A stretch of 63,986 bases of DNA, the filler included, from Octopus bimaculoides (taxonomy: Eukaryota): assembly GCF_001194135.2 (NCBI RefSeq). It is 5 parts of 5 records of this genome, joined end to end, with 100 filler letters (N's around TTAATTAATTAA, not from the genome) between each part and the next. Parts side by side here need not be neighbours in the genome. Positions count along the whole stretch, not along the records: positions 16,645 to 46,921 come from NC_068984.1; 4 more parts are not named here. One strand, written 5' to 3'. Numbering within the stretch: position 1 is the stretch's first letter; every line of letters starts with the position of its first letter. A program made the translations under genes and the position numbers. Shown here in pieces: positions 22,640 to 36,898 of the stretch. The notes under the pieces are model-generated. The model was not told where the DNA came from and did not search any database. It saw only the letters and a program-made list of their open reading frames with translations.

Positions 22640-22830
22640 GTGTGTGTGTGTGTTTATTACCCACCACGGCTTGATAACAGGTCTTGGTTTGTTTATATCC
22701 CCTGTGACTTAGCAGTTCGAAAAAGAAATTGATAGAATAAGTCCAGGGATCGATTTGCTCGACTTAAATCCTTCTAGGTGGTGCTCCAGCATGGTTTGCA
22801 GTTCAGGGATTGAAACAAGTAAAAGGAGAT
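22640..22830 (+). mobile_element. SINE family A 3' half
   Basis: gatagaataagt...gtcgatttgctcgact variant...gctccagcatgg...gaaacaagtaaaag. Confidence 0.75.
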
Positions 22831-23214
22831 GAAACTGTATGAGAGCCCGGATTAAACACATGCTTTAGTCATTCCACATTACTGAAATACATAAACTGTA
22901 CCAGCAACATTTACTGGAACCATGCTACAACCTAAACCACTACCTGGACTGTATTAATTACACCACATAACCCTCCTCTACCCTTACCAACACTATTTAT
23001 CTTGACTCGCTCACATCATCAACTGTTCACTTCCAAACAAACTTCCTTTCTCACTAAATACTCCACTGTTTGCCTCTCTGCCACTATTTACCCCAACCCA
23101 TTCTAACTCGCGGCACTGTGTATCCTACTCCTCTGTTTCTATGCTGTCGCCCTAACTCCTAACATTTCAAAATTAATGGCTCTTGTGGTAATTTACCAAC
23201 TTTTTAATTACTTC

Positions 23215-23690
23215 AGGCCTCTCTCCCTTCTCAAGAAGCACCATTAGATTCCAAGAGCAAGACTAGTGGAAATCTACGTCACACATTGAAGAATTCTACG
23301 AAATCAATGACGTCACGCTCACATCATGAAATATTTCTGAAGTTCAATAAAATTTTCTTCCAGACTTCTACCATCAAACGTGGTATTCTTTGTGAAGGGT
23401 TCCACTATGTCGTCAATACTTTTTATTTCTGTACATTTTCGCTAAAACTTATTCACTGCAACCTATTCCTCTCGCACCAAATTGCCATGCTGCCATGCTG
23501 CCATGCCGTTCCAAGATAGACATGATATTTCCTCCTTCGACAGCATCAGCACAGACATTCACTACGCATCAGCGGAACCATCATGTGTTCTCTAAGCAGG
23601 AATATCTTCAGCTCAAACACCCAAAGACTTTCACAACAGTTGTTGTCTTTTATAGAAACGACATTGCCAAAATTGTGTGGCCAAAACACT
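23215..23690 (+). mobile_element. Highly degraded LINE RT-like fragment (CR1/L2 group, tentative)
   Basis: Only scattered motif echoes (STIKRG...SILFI; DSISTDI; FSSNTQ); many frameshifts. Confidence 0.3.
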
Positions 23691-24944
23691 AAGGTAACTC
23701 ATTAGGGGCCAAAAGTACTTCAGCCCTGAATCGCTGGCGGATCTTTTATGATGCATAGATGCAATTTACTTTAGGGTGCTAACTACACATTTAGGGGACA
23801 CACATACACACACACGTATGCACGCACACACACACACACATAAACACACGCACGCACACACACATAAACAAACATATACACAGACAGACACACACAGACA
23901 CACACAGACACACACAGACACAGACACACACACAGACACGCACACACACACACNNNNNNNNNNNNNNNNNNNNNNNNNNNNNNNNNNNNNNNNNNNNNNN
24001 NNNNNNNNNNNNNNNNNNNNNNNNNNNNNNNNNNNNNNNNNNNNNNNNNNNNNNNNNNNNNNNNNNNNNNNNNNNNNNNNNNNNNNNNNNNNNNNNNNNN
24101 NNNNNNNNNNNNNNNNNNNNNNNNNNNNNNNNNNNNNNNNNNNNNNNNNNNNNNNNNNNNNNNNNNNNNNNNNNNNNNNNNNNNNNNNNNNNNNNNNNNN
24201 NNNNNNNNNNNNNNNNNNNNNNNNNNNNNNNNNNNNNNNNNNNNNNNNNNNNNNNNNNNNNNNNNNNNNNNNNNNNNNNNNNNNNNNNNNNNNNNNNNNN
24301 NNNNNNNNNNNNNNNNNNNNNNNNNNNNNNNNNNNNNNNNNNNNNNNNNNNNNNNNNNNNNNNNNNNNNNNNNNNNNNNNNNNNNNNNNNNNNNNNNNNN
24401 NNNNNNNNNNNNNNNNNNNNNNNNNNNNNNNNNNNNNNNNNNNNNNNNNNNNNNNNNNNNNNNNNNNNNNNNNNNNNNNNNNNNNNNNNNNNNNNNNNNT
24501 CTTACTCTTTAATATTTCATTATTATCGATTCTTTAGAATCTCTTTCTCAACCTCAAACAATTCTGTCCATAGAATCCATTGATGACCAAATGTGGCCCT
24601 CCTAAATAAATCACGTCTTCAAATATAATCAATTACGTCGAAGTGTTTCCATTTTTAACAGAAAAAATGTTAGAAAACTTTAAAAACTTTCTTTTTGCGA
24701 TAAAACCATTTTTAAACCAACAAAAAAGATTTTAAATCTGTAATTACAGAAGTTTTTGGTATTTTTAGACTGTCTGCATATTGTTGAAAAAAGCCAACTT
24801 TCCCTTCTAGGGGGTCAGGCTGTGACGTTCGGCGGGGACATACTGTGTCCACGTGAACACCATTTAACAAGCACAATATACATTATTTAACAAGCACATT
24901 ATATAGCCCACCACGTTATATACATTATATAACAACATGCAACC

Positions 24945-25125
24945 GCACATGCTCAATGTATGTGTCTTGCTTGTTCGCCGGTTCGCTGTGCTAGGACACT
25001 CTGGAGATGACTCTCTCTTTGCGCTGGGCTTGAAAGACAAGATAACAGTGCTAAGAGGGAGTCGTCACCTGAGCGTCGTTCGGCAGCGAACCGGTGAACA
25101 AGCAAATCACATACATTGAGTGTGC
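24945..25125. repeat. Long imperfect inverted repeat / hairpin
   Basis: 24952-25026 pairs with 25046-25120 without gaps: 60 Watson-Crick, 5 G-U and 10 mismatches by hand count; apical cttg-aaaga-caag. Confidence 0.9.
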
Positions 25126-25508
25126 GTGGTCGATAATGTTTACAACACTTGCGCTGCTTTTACGTTTCGTATTCGAATACGTTTATGTAAACAATGCGAT
25201 CGAAGATACAAAAAAAAGCAAAAAAAAACAACCCAAAACAAAACAACTATATAACAAGTACAATGTACAATATAACAAGATTGTACAAGGAATGTCCGAG
25301 CTCGCAGTGGTCAAATTAAGTTCTCCTACTTCAAATAAGTGAAGCCAACTCTAATATTTAAAACCAGAAATCCTGAATCTAATAGAACCGCTACCCTCCA
25401 CCAATTTTATGTTCTTGGTTAGCATCGAGCATATAAAATGGAAGAAAGCAAAACGATATAAGTAACAACGACGATGACGACGGCGGCGGCAGCGATGATT
25501 ACGACGAG

Positions 25509-25544
<36 letters not shown>

Positions 25545-26785
25545 GACGATGACGACGACGAAATTCTGAAGACCAAATGTGTGACTCCATGCTTCTTCTT
25601 CAAAGAAGGATGTATGTGGATTAAAATTAGAATAAAATTTTAGAATTAAAAAAAGAAAGTGCTGTCCATTTTTGCCAGCGACGAACCTGTAATGCATCTC
25701 TTCTACCTGTAAGAGATGGAAACTTATGAGGATGGGTGAAAGTCAATCTAACAGATCGTTGACAAAAATGTCTAAAGAGGAAAGAGAGACGGAAATGTCA
25801 TTTCGACACACAGACAGAGACAATGGAAAATGGCAAAAAATGAATGACAAACAAAAATCAGCAAAACCTAACAACAATTTATATGAAAATCTGATTTTAA
25901 TTAAATTATGTCAACATAATATTAATTTAATTTCTCATAGACGAAACAACATACTGAGGGCATATATTAATTATTTAGTTTGATTTATCGTTGTGACCAA
26001 GGAATACCATATTGGAGCAATACCCAAAAATAAACAAGACACAACACAATGAGCTATAGTGAATGTCTCTCGATCAGCTAGAAGAAGCAGCGAAATGCTC
26101 CTTAAATCTCACCATACCAACTTAAATAAGAAAAGGGCACGATGAAATATTTCTAAAAAAGTAGAGTTTCCACGGCTGGAATGCTTTTGAAAATAGGTTA
26201 GTTCCATAAGGGCCAGCATGCGATTAACAACAACGTCTGGTAAATATTTTATGCCAATGTTTAAAAAAAAAACTGTGAGAATGTGTAGAGGAGAAAGCAG
26301 TTGCGACATTAAGGCAAGACTGAAATTTTATATTAGAATAACTAAAACACAGCAGAAACATCAAACAGAATTTAAATGCTGAAATAGTTTTAGTCTATTA
26401 TAATCAGAGAATGGAGAATATAATCTTTATTGTCGATAGATTAATTTGGTTGCAGCAAGTCTGATCGACAAAGGTATAATTATTAGATTATTAAAACGGA
26501 TAACAAAGGTATAACTATTAAATTATTATTACTTATAACATAAGCTATGATTTTAAAGTCAATTTAAAATATTGAATTAAAAAATACAGTTCTACAGTGA
26601 TACACACATATATACATATATATGTACATATATGCATATTATGCACGTGTATGTGTATGCATGTACATATATATATGTATATATATGTATGTATATATAC
26701 GTACATATATATGTGTATATATGTATATATATATATACATACATATACATACATATATACCTTGTATAACTGTGTTCAATATTGT

Positions 26786-26829
<44 letters not shown>

Positions 26830-27212
26830 GTCACATACATATTTATACTACTGACACATATATGACAGCACATAAAGCTACAAATATTTATCCAATATTT
26901 ACCTTCTATTATTTATAACTTTATGTTATTCGAGATCCTCCGTTCGAATAATTTCTTGAAAGTATGTATGTATGTATGTATGTATGTATGTATGTATGTA
27001 TGTATGTATGTATGTGCAGCTGGTCTTCTTCGTTTCCATACTTCGGTTAGAACATGTTTGGGGAAATACTTATTTGCATGGAGACAAACATGCGTTGGCA
27101 ACAGGAACGGCACCCGGCCGTAGGAAATCTGCACCAACGAATTTCATCTGACCTGTACAAGTATGGGAAAAATGAACGTTATAACGATGATGCATGAATG
27201 CATGTATGTATA

Positions 27213-27243
<31 letters not shown>

Positions 27244-27944
27244 NNNNNNNNNNNNNNNNNNNNNNNNNNNNNNNNNNNNNNNNNNNNNNNNNNNNNNNNN
27301 NNNNNNNNNNNNNNNNNNNNNNNNNNNNNNNNNNNNNNNNNNNNNNNNNNNNNNNNNNNNNNNNNNNNNNNNNNNNNNNNNNNNNNNNNNNNNNNNNNNN
27401 NNNNNNNNNNNNNNNNNNNNNNNNNNNNNNNNNNNNNNNNNNNNNNNNNNNNNNNNNNNNNNNNNNNNNNNNNNNNNNNNNNNNNNNNNNNNNNNNNNNN
27501 NNNNNNNNNNNNNNNNNNNNNNNNNNNNNNNNNNNNNNNNNNNNNNNNNNNNNNNNNNNNNNNNNNNNNNNNNNNNNNNNNNNNNNNNNNNNNNNNNNNN
27601 NNNNNNNNNNNNNNNNNNNNNNNNNNNNNNNNNNNNNNNNNNNNNNNNNNNNNNNNNNNNNNNNNNNNNNNNNNNNNNNNNNNNNNNNNNNNNNNNNNNN
27701 NNNNNNNNNNNNNNNNNNNNNNNNNNNNNNNNNNNNNNNNNNNNNNNNNNNNNNNNNNNNNNNNNNNNNNNNNNNNNNNNNNNNNNNNNNNNNNNNNNNN
27801 NNNNNNNNNNNNNNNNNNNNNNNNNNNNNNNNNNTATATACACAAAATTCAAAAACTAGAGCAATGGGAAGAAAAATGTTCAGTGATGGGTATGTAATCG
27901 TGAATTAAAGTATGCATAGACATCAAAGCTTGTTATGCGTGCAT

Positions 27945-28530
27945 ATTTAGACGTTTTCTGTATTTTTCGATGAATAAATTTTCTTTATTTAAACGTTCTT
28001 GTATAGAAACTGTATCTTTGGACTCTTAGAAGAGGAAAAGTGTGAAATTTGGTTGGATGTTACCTGCACATCTCTCTATGTGATCACTTAAAGGAATCCG
28101 TTTGTATTGCGGGAACCGGATTTGCTCTTCATGTAGAATGGTTCTCCGTCCCAAAGTCATACTCGTCTGTCCTATAAAGCTATGGCCACAACACGAAGCA
28201 GGTTATTACATAAATTAGATTCCCAGAGGCACAAGTGAAGTTGGTTTTAATTGCGAATCTCTCTTCTTGTTTGAAAAGGAAATCCGAGCCTCCAAGTAGG
28301 TTGGGGCATGTTCCACAGTTTGGGCGTCCACATCTTTTAACCGTTGGTTTCGTGGTTGCTGTGTAAAGCTTCGTATTTGTTAGAAATCTCTTTAGTGATT
28401 TGTGCTGCTTTTAGCATTTGATGAATTTATGTGTTTTCAGGATGTTATTCATTTTTGGGTCTTTAGTTAGTAAAGAGAGATTTTGCACAATAGTGTTTCT
28501 AGGGTTGTGAATTGATATATACATTAGTGT
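27945..28530 (-). mobile_element. Penelope-like element, GIY-YIG endonuclease region (pseudogenised)
   Basis: KRCGRPNCGTCPNL...FTCASGNLIYVITC..CGHSFIGQTSMTLGRR..LHEEQI..LSDHI; stops and a frameshift. Confidence 0.8.
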
Positions 28531-28972
28531 TTTGAGATGAGGTGTGGTGTTATGTTTTGTTGTTCTCAGTGTTTAATGCTGAATCTTAGTAGCAAGTACA
28601 GTCAACGTACATCATATAAATGTATTCTTATGTCTTCTATGTGACAGGAATTTCCATGACACCCGATGCGTGAAGAACAGGCTAAACATTTAAAGAAAAG
28701 ACAAATTTTTTTTCTATCAAGTCAAATACTGTTGTCACCCTTTCAGAAAATTATATTCTTTTCAGAAGGAGATGACTACATATAAATGCAGTCATCACAT
28801 GTGTAACATGTGGTCCATGTTAGTCAATGGGAACAGTGAGGCCTGGCGCCGTTTGAAATTAAACGTTTTCTTTCTTATTGTCATTCTGATAATCTGATAA
28901 ATCGAGTGAAACATAGAGACGAGTTGATAAGTAGAGAGATAGAAAGATAGATAGAGATAAGCAAGTAGTTTG

Positions 28973-29016
<44 letters not shown>

Positions 29017-29171
29017 TGCGTGTGTGTGCGTGTGTGTGTGTGTGTGTGTGATGGTTTGTTAATTAGACAGATAGAATGACAGGGAGACAGATGGGTTAAC
29101 AAGTAGAGAGGTAGAAGGATACATAGATGGGGAAAGAGAGAGAGAGAGAGAGAGAGAATTCNNNNNNNNNN

Positions 29172-29223
<52 letters not shown>

Positions 29224-29597
29224 GTGGGGTGGGGTTCCCATAAGACGGAAGAAATATGTGTTCTCGTCTTCGGTATTAAAACAAAGAATTTCTGCCACAA
29301 TTCTGCGATGAAAGGGAACAGGATTACGAGAGGTAAAATTTATAATTGTAACCAGGTTATCACGTCTAATGAAATAATTGACAAAGGGAATAGATTTGTA
29401 GTTTGATTGAGGAGGTTAGTCACCATGGAAACTAACCAATTAACTTAAACTGGTGGAGTGAGGAGAATAATCTCTGGTGGTGGTCATGGTGGAAGGCTGC
29501 TGTATTCGCAAAATATTAGGAACAAATATTAGGGAGAGAAGTTAGCAGAGAAGAAGGAAGGGAAAGCAGTGGTAGTAATAGTAGTAGTATTAGTAGT

Positions 29598-29629
<32 letters not shown>

Positions 29630-31089
29630 TAGTGGTGGTGGTGGTGGTGGTGGTTGTGGATCACATTCCTCTGTTTATGTTCTTTCACTTCTTCGCTTGT
29701 CTTTATTCGACACCATCATCACCATTACCACCACCACCACCACCACCACCACCACCACTACCACCACCATCATCATCATCATCATCACCATCACTAACAT
29801 TTTGCTGTCATAGTTACTGTCGCTCTTACCATGATTAATACTGTCAGCTCTATTTCTTGCTATGTCTGGTGTTTTTGTTGTTGATGTAGTTAAGCCCTAG
29901 GTTAGTGCTGAGTAGATCTATAAAGTCGTTCCAGCCATAGCCATCCAATCTTAAAGTCCAGACATCATTATCCGATATATCTTTTCTTTTTATAAAACGA
30001 TTTGAAAGAGATTTGGCTGTTATTTCTAGCTGATTGAACGAACACTCAGAAGCTTCACCTCTTTCGTTCATGTTTAATGCTGTTCATATTGGAGTTGTTG
30101 TTGCTGAAGTTGTTGTTATTGCTGTTGCTATTATTGTTGTTGTTGTTGTTGTTGCTGCTGAACCTGTTGTTGTTGTTAATATTAATAACATTTAAGTTTA
30201 TACACCTTCCAGCCCCAAACAGTATATTTATACTGAGACCTCCCCCCCCCCACAATCCGCACAACCCACCTGCGACGTTAATTCATTCCGCCATTATTTA
30301 TGGTTCAATACATTTTTGTAGAGATTGGTTTCAAAGAACTCCTCTTCAGTGCAATCCTTTCCTCTTCTACTTTAAATAATAATTACCAACCCCGCCAACC
30401 CATTCCACTCCCTCCTCTACCCGGATTCTTCAACACAGAATATTTTCTTGTTGAAACTCTCAAGTTTCTTAACAGGATGTCTCTAACTTTCAATTGATAT
30501 ATTTATCCGTTAAGCAACATCAATGGAGGCTTCTATTCGGATGTTCGACAGGCTAGAAATAACAGCCATCTCTCCGAAATTACATCCTGTTATTTTACAA
30601 AAGGAAGAACACATGTGAAAGCCAGAGACATCCCTAGATATACTGGATGGTTATATCTGGAACGCCTTTAACTATGTCTCCTCAATGGAGTTTGACATCT
30701 CTGCTAAACAGACGAGGAAGATTTCTACATGATTTTCGAACTTTCTAGAAATAGCAACCAAATCTTTCCTAAATTACATTCTACCTTTAAAATGGGAAGG
30801 ACACATCAGGTAGTGTAGTCCTCAGCTGAGAACTAACAAGATGGCGCTGGCCGGGAAACCTTTCACTCTAACTGATGTCAACAATCTGTTATATCTCCAC
30901 CGCACACCAGTTTGCAAACCATCGGATTCGTCTGATCGTTCGAAATAACCAGCGAATAGTTTTTGCTGACAACATTTGCAGCGCAAGACAACTGCACATC
31001 CAGTGCCATTTCCAAAACCCAATCAATGAGCAGCGTGATGCTATTTTAACTGGCATGCCAATTAGCTAACAACGATAGCAGTAATATAA

Positions 31090-31305
31090 TCCTTTCTACA
31101 AAAGGAGGCACAACGCCTGAAATTGGGTGGGGAGAGGCTAGTCGATTACATCGAGCCCAGTCTTTCAATGGTACTTAATTTATCGACGCCGAAAGGATGA
31201 AAGGCAAAGTCGACCTTGGTGGAAGTTGAACTCAGAACATAGCGACGGGCAAAATACCTCTAAGCATTTCGACCAACATGTTGACGATTCTGCCAGCTCA
31301 CCGCC
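31090..31305 (-). mobile_element. SINE family N
   Basis: Same core and tail as 20014-20226. Confidence 0.85.
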
Positions 31306-31514
31306 TTTTCACGATAGCAGTAATATAATGAGACCATTTACCAGTAACCGGCTCAGTAATGTCACCGCATCAATTACAGTTTTGCGGCAGAAGAAGAAGA
31401 ACAACAACAACAGCAACTGGTCAATCGTTATAATAATAAAGAATTTTCTACAATGACACATTTTATTTTACTTCCTAGTTTACCATTTATCGGAAACAGG
31501 TGGTAGCAGGAACG

Positions 31515-31546
<32 letters not shown>

Positions 31547-31891
31547 NNNNNNNNNNNNNNNNNNNNNNNNNNNNNNNNNNNNNNNNNNNNNNNNNNNNNN
31601 NNNNNNNNNNNNNNNNNNNNNNNNNNNNNNNNNNNNNNNNNNNNNNNNNNNNNNNNNNNNNNNNNNNNNNNNNNNNNNNNNNNNNNNNNNNNNNNNNNNN
31701 NNNNNNNNNNNNNNNNNNNNNNNNNNNNNNNNNNNNNNNNNNNNNNNNNNNNNNNNNNNNNNNNNNNNNNNNNNNNNNNNNNNNNNNNNNNNNNNNNNNN
31801 NNNNNNNNNNNNNNNNNNNNNNNNNNNNNNNNNNNNNNNNNNNNNNNNNNNNNNNNNNNNNNNNNNNNNNNNNNNNNNNNNNNNNNNNNNN

Positions 31892-31941
<50 letters not shown>

Positions 31942-33664
31942 ACACATTCGAATTTTAAATGGTTTTAATTATGGAAATTAATTTCTAAAGGTCTGGAATC
32001 GAAACAGCTGTCAGAGATGATGTCTAATTATGGACGGGTAGTTTTCTACAGTATGAAACTAAGCGAATCTGAAAGAGGATTTATCATCGATGTTGTCAAA
32101 CCACTTGATTTGACTTAAGTAGTCTGTGTTGACCAATGAATCAGTGAAGTCTAAACGCTATTTTGAATTAAGGCACTTTTTATATTTTAGTTCTGCATGG
32201 TCGTCTGCAGATCGAGTATTCGTGAAAAGTGAAGTAGTAGTTGATTTAAGCAGCCGATCAACTCCGATTGACTGGACTTATGATACAACGCACTTCAAAC
32301 GGAAATATGAGACCTTTTTGAAGATAATAAGGTCAGATGATCCAATCTAGATTTTCAGTATTTAAGACAGTAAGATGTGATTTGGTTGAATTGCTAGTTC
32401 TGTTCGAAAAAGTGGAGTTGTTCGATGAAAGAGTTCATTATGTATTGAATATGTATATGTATTTATGTTTGTATGTGTTTACGTGAATGTATGTATGTGT
32501 ATGTATGCCTGTATACGTATGTGTGTATGTATGTATGTATGTATGTATGTATGTATGTATGTATGTATGTATGTATGTATACGTATGTGTGTATTCAGAT
32601 GTCTTCTTTCTATGTAGAAGTCATCTTTCCCATTGGCAAATTTCTAAAGTTTTCACTGGTGAAGATCAAACTAGAATCTAATGAGAATTAGCGTGATCGT
32701 ATTGTGTACTGGGCGCTTTCCAGTTTATTCCACAAACGTTCATACGAAGATAAGCTTTATCCCAGTGACTATATTTAGTGACTATATATTCAACCAGATG
32801 GAAAGATAGAAAGATCATCATTTGAGGGCAAGTTAGCGTAGAAGTGTTCACATCCTCTGTCACATAAACAACTGGGCCGTTATTTAGGAGTTAACGAAAC
32901 ACTCGTTCATTTTACAGTGTAGCACGATCTATGAAAGTGTACTCTCGCACCGAAATCTACTTACTACGGTGCGTACGGTTGAATTAGAGACAGAGAGGAA
33001 GGGAAACAGGGAGAGAGAGACAGAGAGTGAGAAAGAGAGGGAAAGAGAGAATGTTTGTTGATTGTTGAACAAAGGGCAGCTCAAATTTCACAATGTTGCT
33101 GAGAGACAAGTCATCATTCCAATGATTCTAGAGATCGTGCACTTGAGAACATTGTGGATGCCACCACATATTGAATCTAGAGAACTAGTTTCAATTTTCA
33201 ACTGAAACAATACGTGATGCTGCTGCCGACCTTAAGAAAGACAAGTAGAAAACATCGGCTATATCACCATATTACCCCCTCGAGACCAAGTTGTCTGATC
33301 GACTGCCATTATTAACACACAATATTTGTTACATATATTGATCTCCAAATTATGAACAGGACTCGAGGTAAATAAGATAATAGACAGTGATTAACGTTGG
33401 AGAGATACTCAAATTTGCTGTACGGCTTCAACAAACAATAAAGTGTTCGATAGCCCACAAGTTACCCTTAGAGCTAGATATTGTTAACGACTTATTGATA
33501 ATCTCAGTGATTGTATGTTCAAGTCCTGCCGAAGGTGACAATATTTACATATTGCGAGTGAAAGAATTTCTTTTATAAACTTGTCTTATCACAGAGAGAA
33601 AGCTTCTAAGGAACTGGAATTGTCGATTCTGCGTAGAGAAAGGTAAAATTATGGATTATTAGTT

Positions 33665-33740
<76 letters not shown>

Positions 33741-34183
33741 NNNNNNNNNNNNNNNNNNNNNNNNNNNNNNNNNNNNNNNNNNNNNNNNNNNNNNNNNNNN
33801 NNNNNNNNNNNNNNNNNNNNNNNNNNNNNNNNNNNNNNNNNNNNNNNNNNNNNNNNNNNNNNNNNNNNNNNNNNNNNNNNNNNNNNNNNNNNNNNNNNNN
33901 NNNNNNNNNNNNNNNNNNNNNNNNGTATATATATATATATATAAAGAACATTATTATTCATAAGAGATAATAATATTAGTGGCCACAGGCATAAAACCAT
34001 ACAGGTAAAATTAATATATATATATATATTAATGTATATAAAATCAGAGCACTAAGAATCACCAGCTTAGCTAAAAATAGGAGTCAAAGACGCTCCGAAG
34101 CCACAAGAATTAACACTAAATTTTTACAAGCATAGTTGAAAAAAACTAAGTGAATATATGCATATTTCATATGTATATGCATA

Positions 34184-35464
34184 CGAAGAAGAGTCAAAAA
34201 TTATTCGCACTTTTGTTATTTTCTATGTATTTACACAAAAGCAAAGGATAAACAATACGTCGTTTTTCTATAAAGTCTCCTACCTTGTCAATGCACTTGG
34301 CCCAGCAGTCCACAAGCTTGCGTATTCCCTCCAAGAAGAAGGTTTTCAGTTGGTCGTGCAACCATTAATGTACCGCTTCCCTCACATCTTCATCCGTAGG
34401 AAATCTAGATCTCGTAAACCATCTTTGAGCGGTTCAAACGTATGATAGTAGGAAGGGGCGCGATCTAGGCTGTAGGCAGGGTGTTCCAGCACCTCAAAAC
34501 CCAACTGGTTAATAATGGTTTCGACGGTCTGGGCGGCTGTGTGTGGGCGTGCATTGTCATGCAACAACAAAACGTTTTCGACAATAGGCTTCAGCATTTG
34601 GTGCGAATTGTTGACTTCACTTTGTTAGCCAGAAAAGCATTGTATCTTGCACTGTTGATTGTACACCCCTTTTCCTGGTAGTTTTACAGTATAGGCCCTT
34701 TTGAGTCTCAAAAAAGGGCTAGCATCACCTTTCCCACAGAAGAATGATTCTTGAATTTGTTTGTCGCTGGCGAGCCAGGATGCTTCCACTCCATACTCTG
34801 TCTTTTGGATTCTGTCTCATAATGATGGACTCACGTTTCATCTCCTGTGACTATTCTGCTTAAAAACTGTTCTCCCTCATTGTTGTAGCGATCGAGTAAA
34901 CGTTGGCAGACCTCAAGGCGTTTGCGTTTGTGCTCTGCAGTAAGCTTTCTTGGCACCCATCTTGCACAGACTTCATAGAAGCCGAGATCACCATGGATGA
35001 TTTGATAGGCAGAACCATGACTAAACTGCAAAGAACTCGCCGGTTCACCATTACCATCGCTCGAGCCTGCTGAATTCCCTCGTCAATGGTGAAGGTTGAC
35101 GGGCGTCCTGCTCCCTCTTCGTGCGTCACGCTGGTCCGGCCACTTTTAAAATTCTTGATCCACTCCTACACACTTCTACATGGTAGAGCGCTGTCTCCTC
35201 ATTTTGTGCCAAAAGCCTCCGATGAATCTCAGCGCCTGACACACCTTCCGACCAGAGAAATGAGCATCACTGCTCTTCTTTGTTCTTCTTTGGTGCACGT
35301 TGCTAATGGAGTGGCCATGCTTACACTGTAAAGCCAGAGAGAAAAATGACGCGCGATCAGGATCAAACTTCGATCACGTGACCACCACAGTACTAACTAT
35401 AAGCACGCATGCGCAGAAGGCAGTATAACTTTAATAAAGATATGTTATGGCGAAAGTGCGGATA
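34184..35464 (-). mobile_element. Near full-length mariner transposon (second subfamily), pseudogenised
   Basis: CARWVPRKLT...RIVTGDET...LLHDNARPH...HPAYSLDRAPSYYH (third catalytic Asp lost). Left TIR after TA at 34182-34183; right TIR (aaagtgcggata) runs into a 10-N gap. Confidence 0.95.
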
Positions 35465-35475
35465 NNNNNNNNNNN

Positions 35476-35622
35476 AAAACCTCCACTTTTACCCGCCCCC
35501 ATTGATTGCACTTAGTATAGCACTAGTGTAGCAATAATTGGGTACTCTCCCAGCAGTATATTGGATAGATACTATCCTATCCCTTAGTGGGTTGAACCCC
35601 CAACCCCTAACTCTCTCACGTT
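35476..35622 (-). repeat. Unclassified dispersed repeat family E
   Basis: Reverse complement matches 16208-16370; the same end abuts (TA)n in both copies. Confidence 0.75.
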
Positions 35623-35654
35623 ATATATATATATATATTGTTGTTGCTGTTGTT

Positions 35655-35800
35655 GTTAGGATGGCGAACCGGCAGAGTCGTTGAAGCATGGGAAACATGG
35701 TTTGCGATATCTGCTCTGACCGTTTGCATTTTAAATTCGAATCTTGCCGAAGTCAACTTTGCTTTTCTTCCCTGCCGGGGGTCAAACAAGGACTAAAGCA
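35655..35800 (+). mobile_element. SINE family N (degenerate)
   Basis: ggcgaaccggcagagtcgtt...gccgaagtcaactttgc. Confidence 0.65.
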
Positions 35801-36187
35801 TCAGCGAAGTCCTGAGATTGAGTGTTGACAAATCCCTTCCCCTCAAAATTAATGAACTTTTCCTTAAATTAGAAACAATTGTTGTTCTTTTTGTCTTTTT
35901 AACCTCCTTACGTTTGTTGTTGTTGTTGTTGCTCTTCTTCTTCTTCTTCTTCTTCTTCTTCTTCTTCTTCTTCTTCTTCTTCTTCTTCTTCTTCTTCTTC
36001 TTCTTCTTCTTCCTCTCCCCCCTTACAAGATCTGCAACTGAAGAATAGATTGAAAACTATTTTCACTTCTCTTAATCTAAATAACATCAGAGCATGCCAC
36101 CCGCCACCACAGACAGACATAACACGCATGGTAACATTCTCTCTCTCTCTCTNNNNNNNNNNNNNNNNNNNNNNNNNNNNNNNNNNN

Positions 36188-36256
<69 letters not shown>

Positions 36257-36864
36257 AAACAAATATGCACACATAGATATCTATATACATACAAACGCAT
36301 CACCACACCAAACTTCACTAAGTCCCTCACTGAGCCACGCCCAATTGCATGGTATCGATTGCTGCGCCACCTTTTGGGCAGAGTCTAACCCAATCCCTAT
36401 AAAGTTACCTGTAGCATCTTATCAGGTTTGTTGATGGAGTTTTATTATTAAATTCAACCCATTCTAGTATGGACGTGGGTGGAAGCGAGGACTGGCTTGG
36501 TATGTGTGTGTGCATGAAGGTTTTGGTCTGTGTTCGTATATATGTGTATGTAAGTGTGTATGTGCATGTATAGAGTGTTCACGTGCGTGTGCGTAGATGC
36601 TTACGTTTAGTGTGCGTGTGTGTTTGCATCTAGTTTTCTTTCTTTTTCTCCTTCTCTTATGCATACACACACACATACACACACATACACTCACAGACAC
36701 ACGCATACCTATGATGATAAAAATACGCAAACGCGTATACATGTTTATATATAATTAAAAATATATATATACACACCCATACATATGCACACACACGTGT
36801 ATATGCTACAAAACGTCTCTAACTTTCTCCCATGACATAACGTCTTTCTCTCTCTCTCTCTATG

Positions 36865-36898
<34 letters not shown>

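Noticed and set aside
24821-25287. Solo LTR (TG...CA) enclosing the long hairpin
   Set aside because: Flanks aggc/agga match only 3 of 4, and no PBS, PPT or second copy was found; unsupported.
29419-29432. RFX X-box match GTCACCATGGAAAC
   Set aside because: My rough estimate is about 0.5 chance matches in a window this size, and there is no linked gene.
30837-30846. YY1-like CAAGATGGCG with a short ORF (MALAGKPF...)
   Set aside because: A single motif, a stop after 35 codons, no donor site and no recognisable product.
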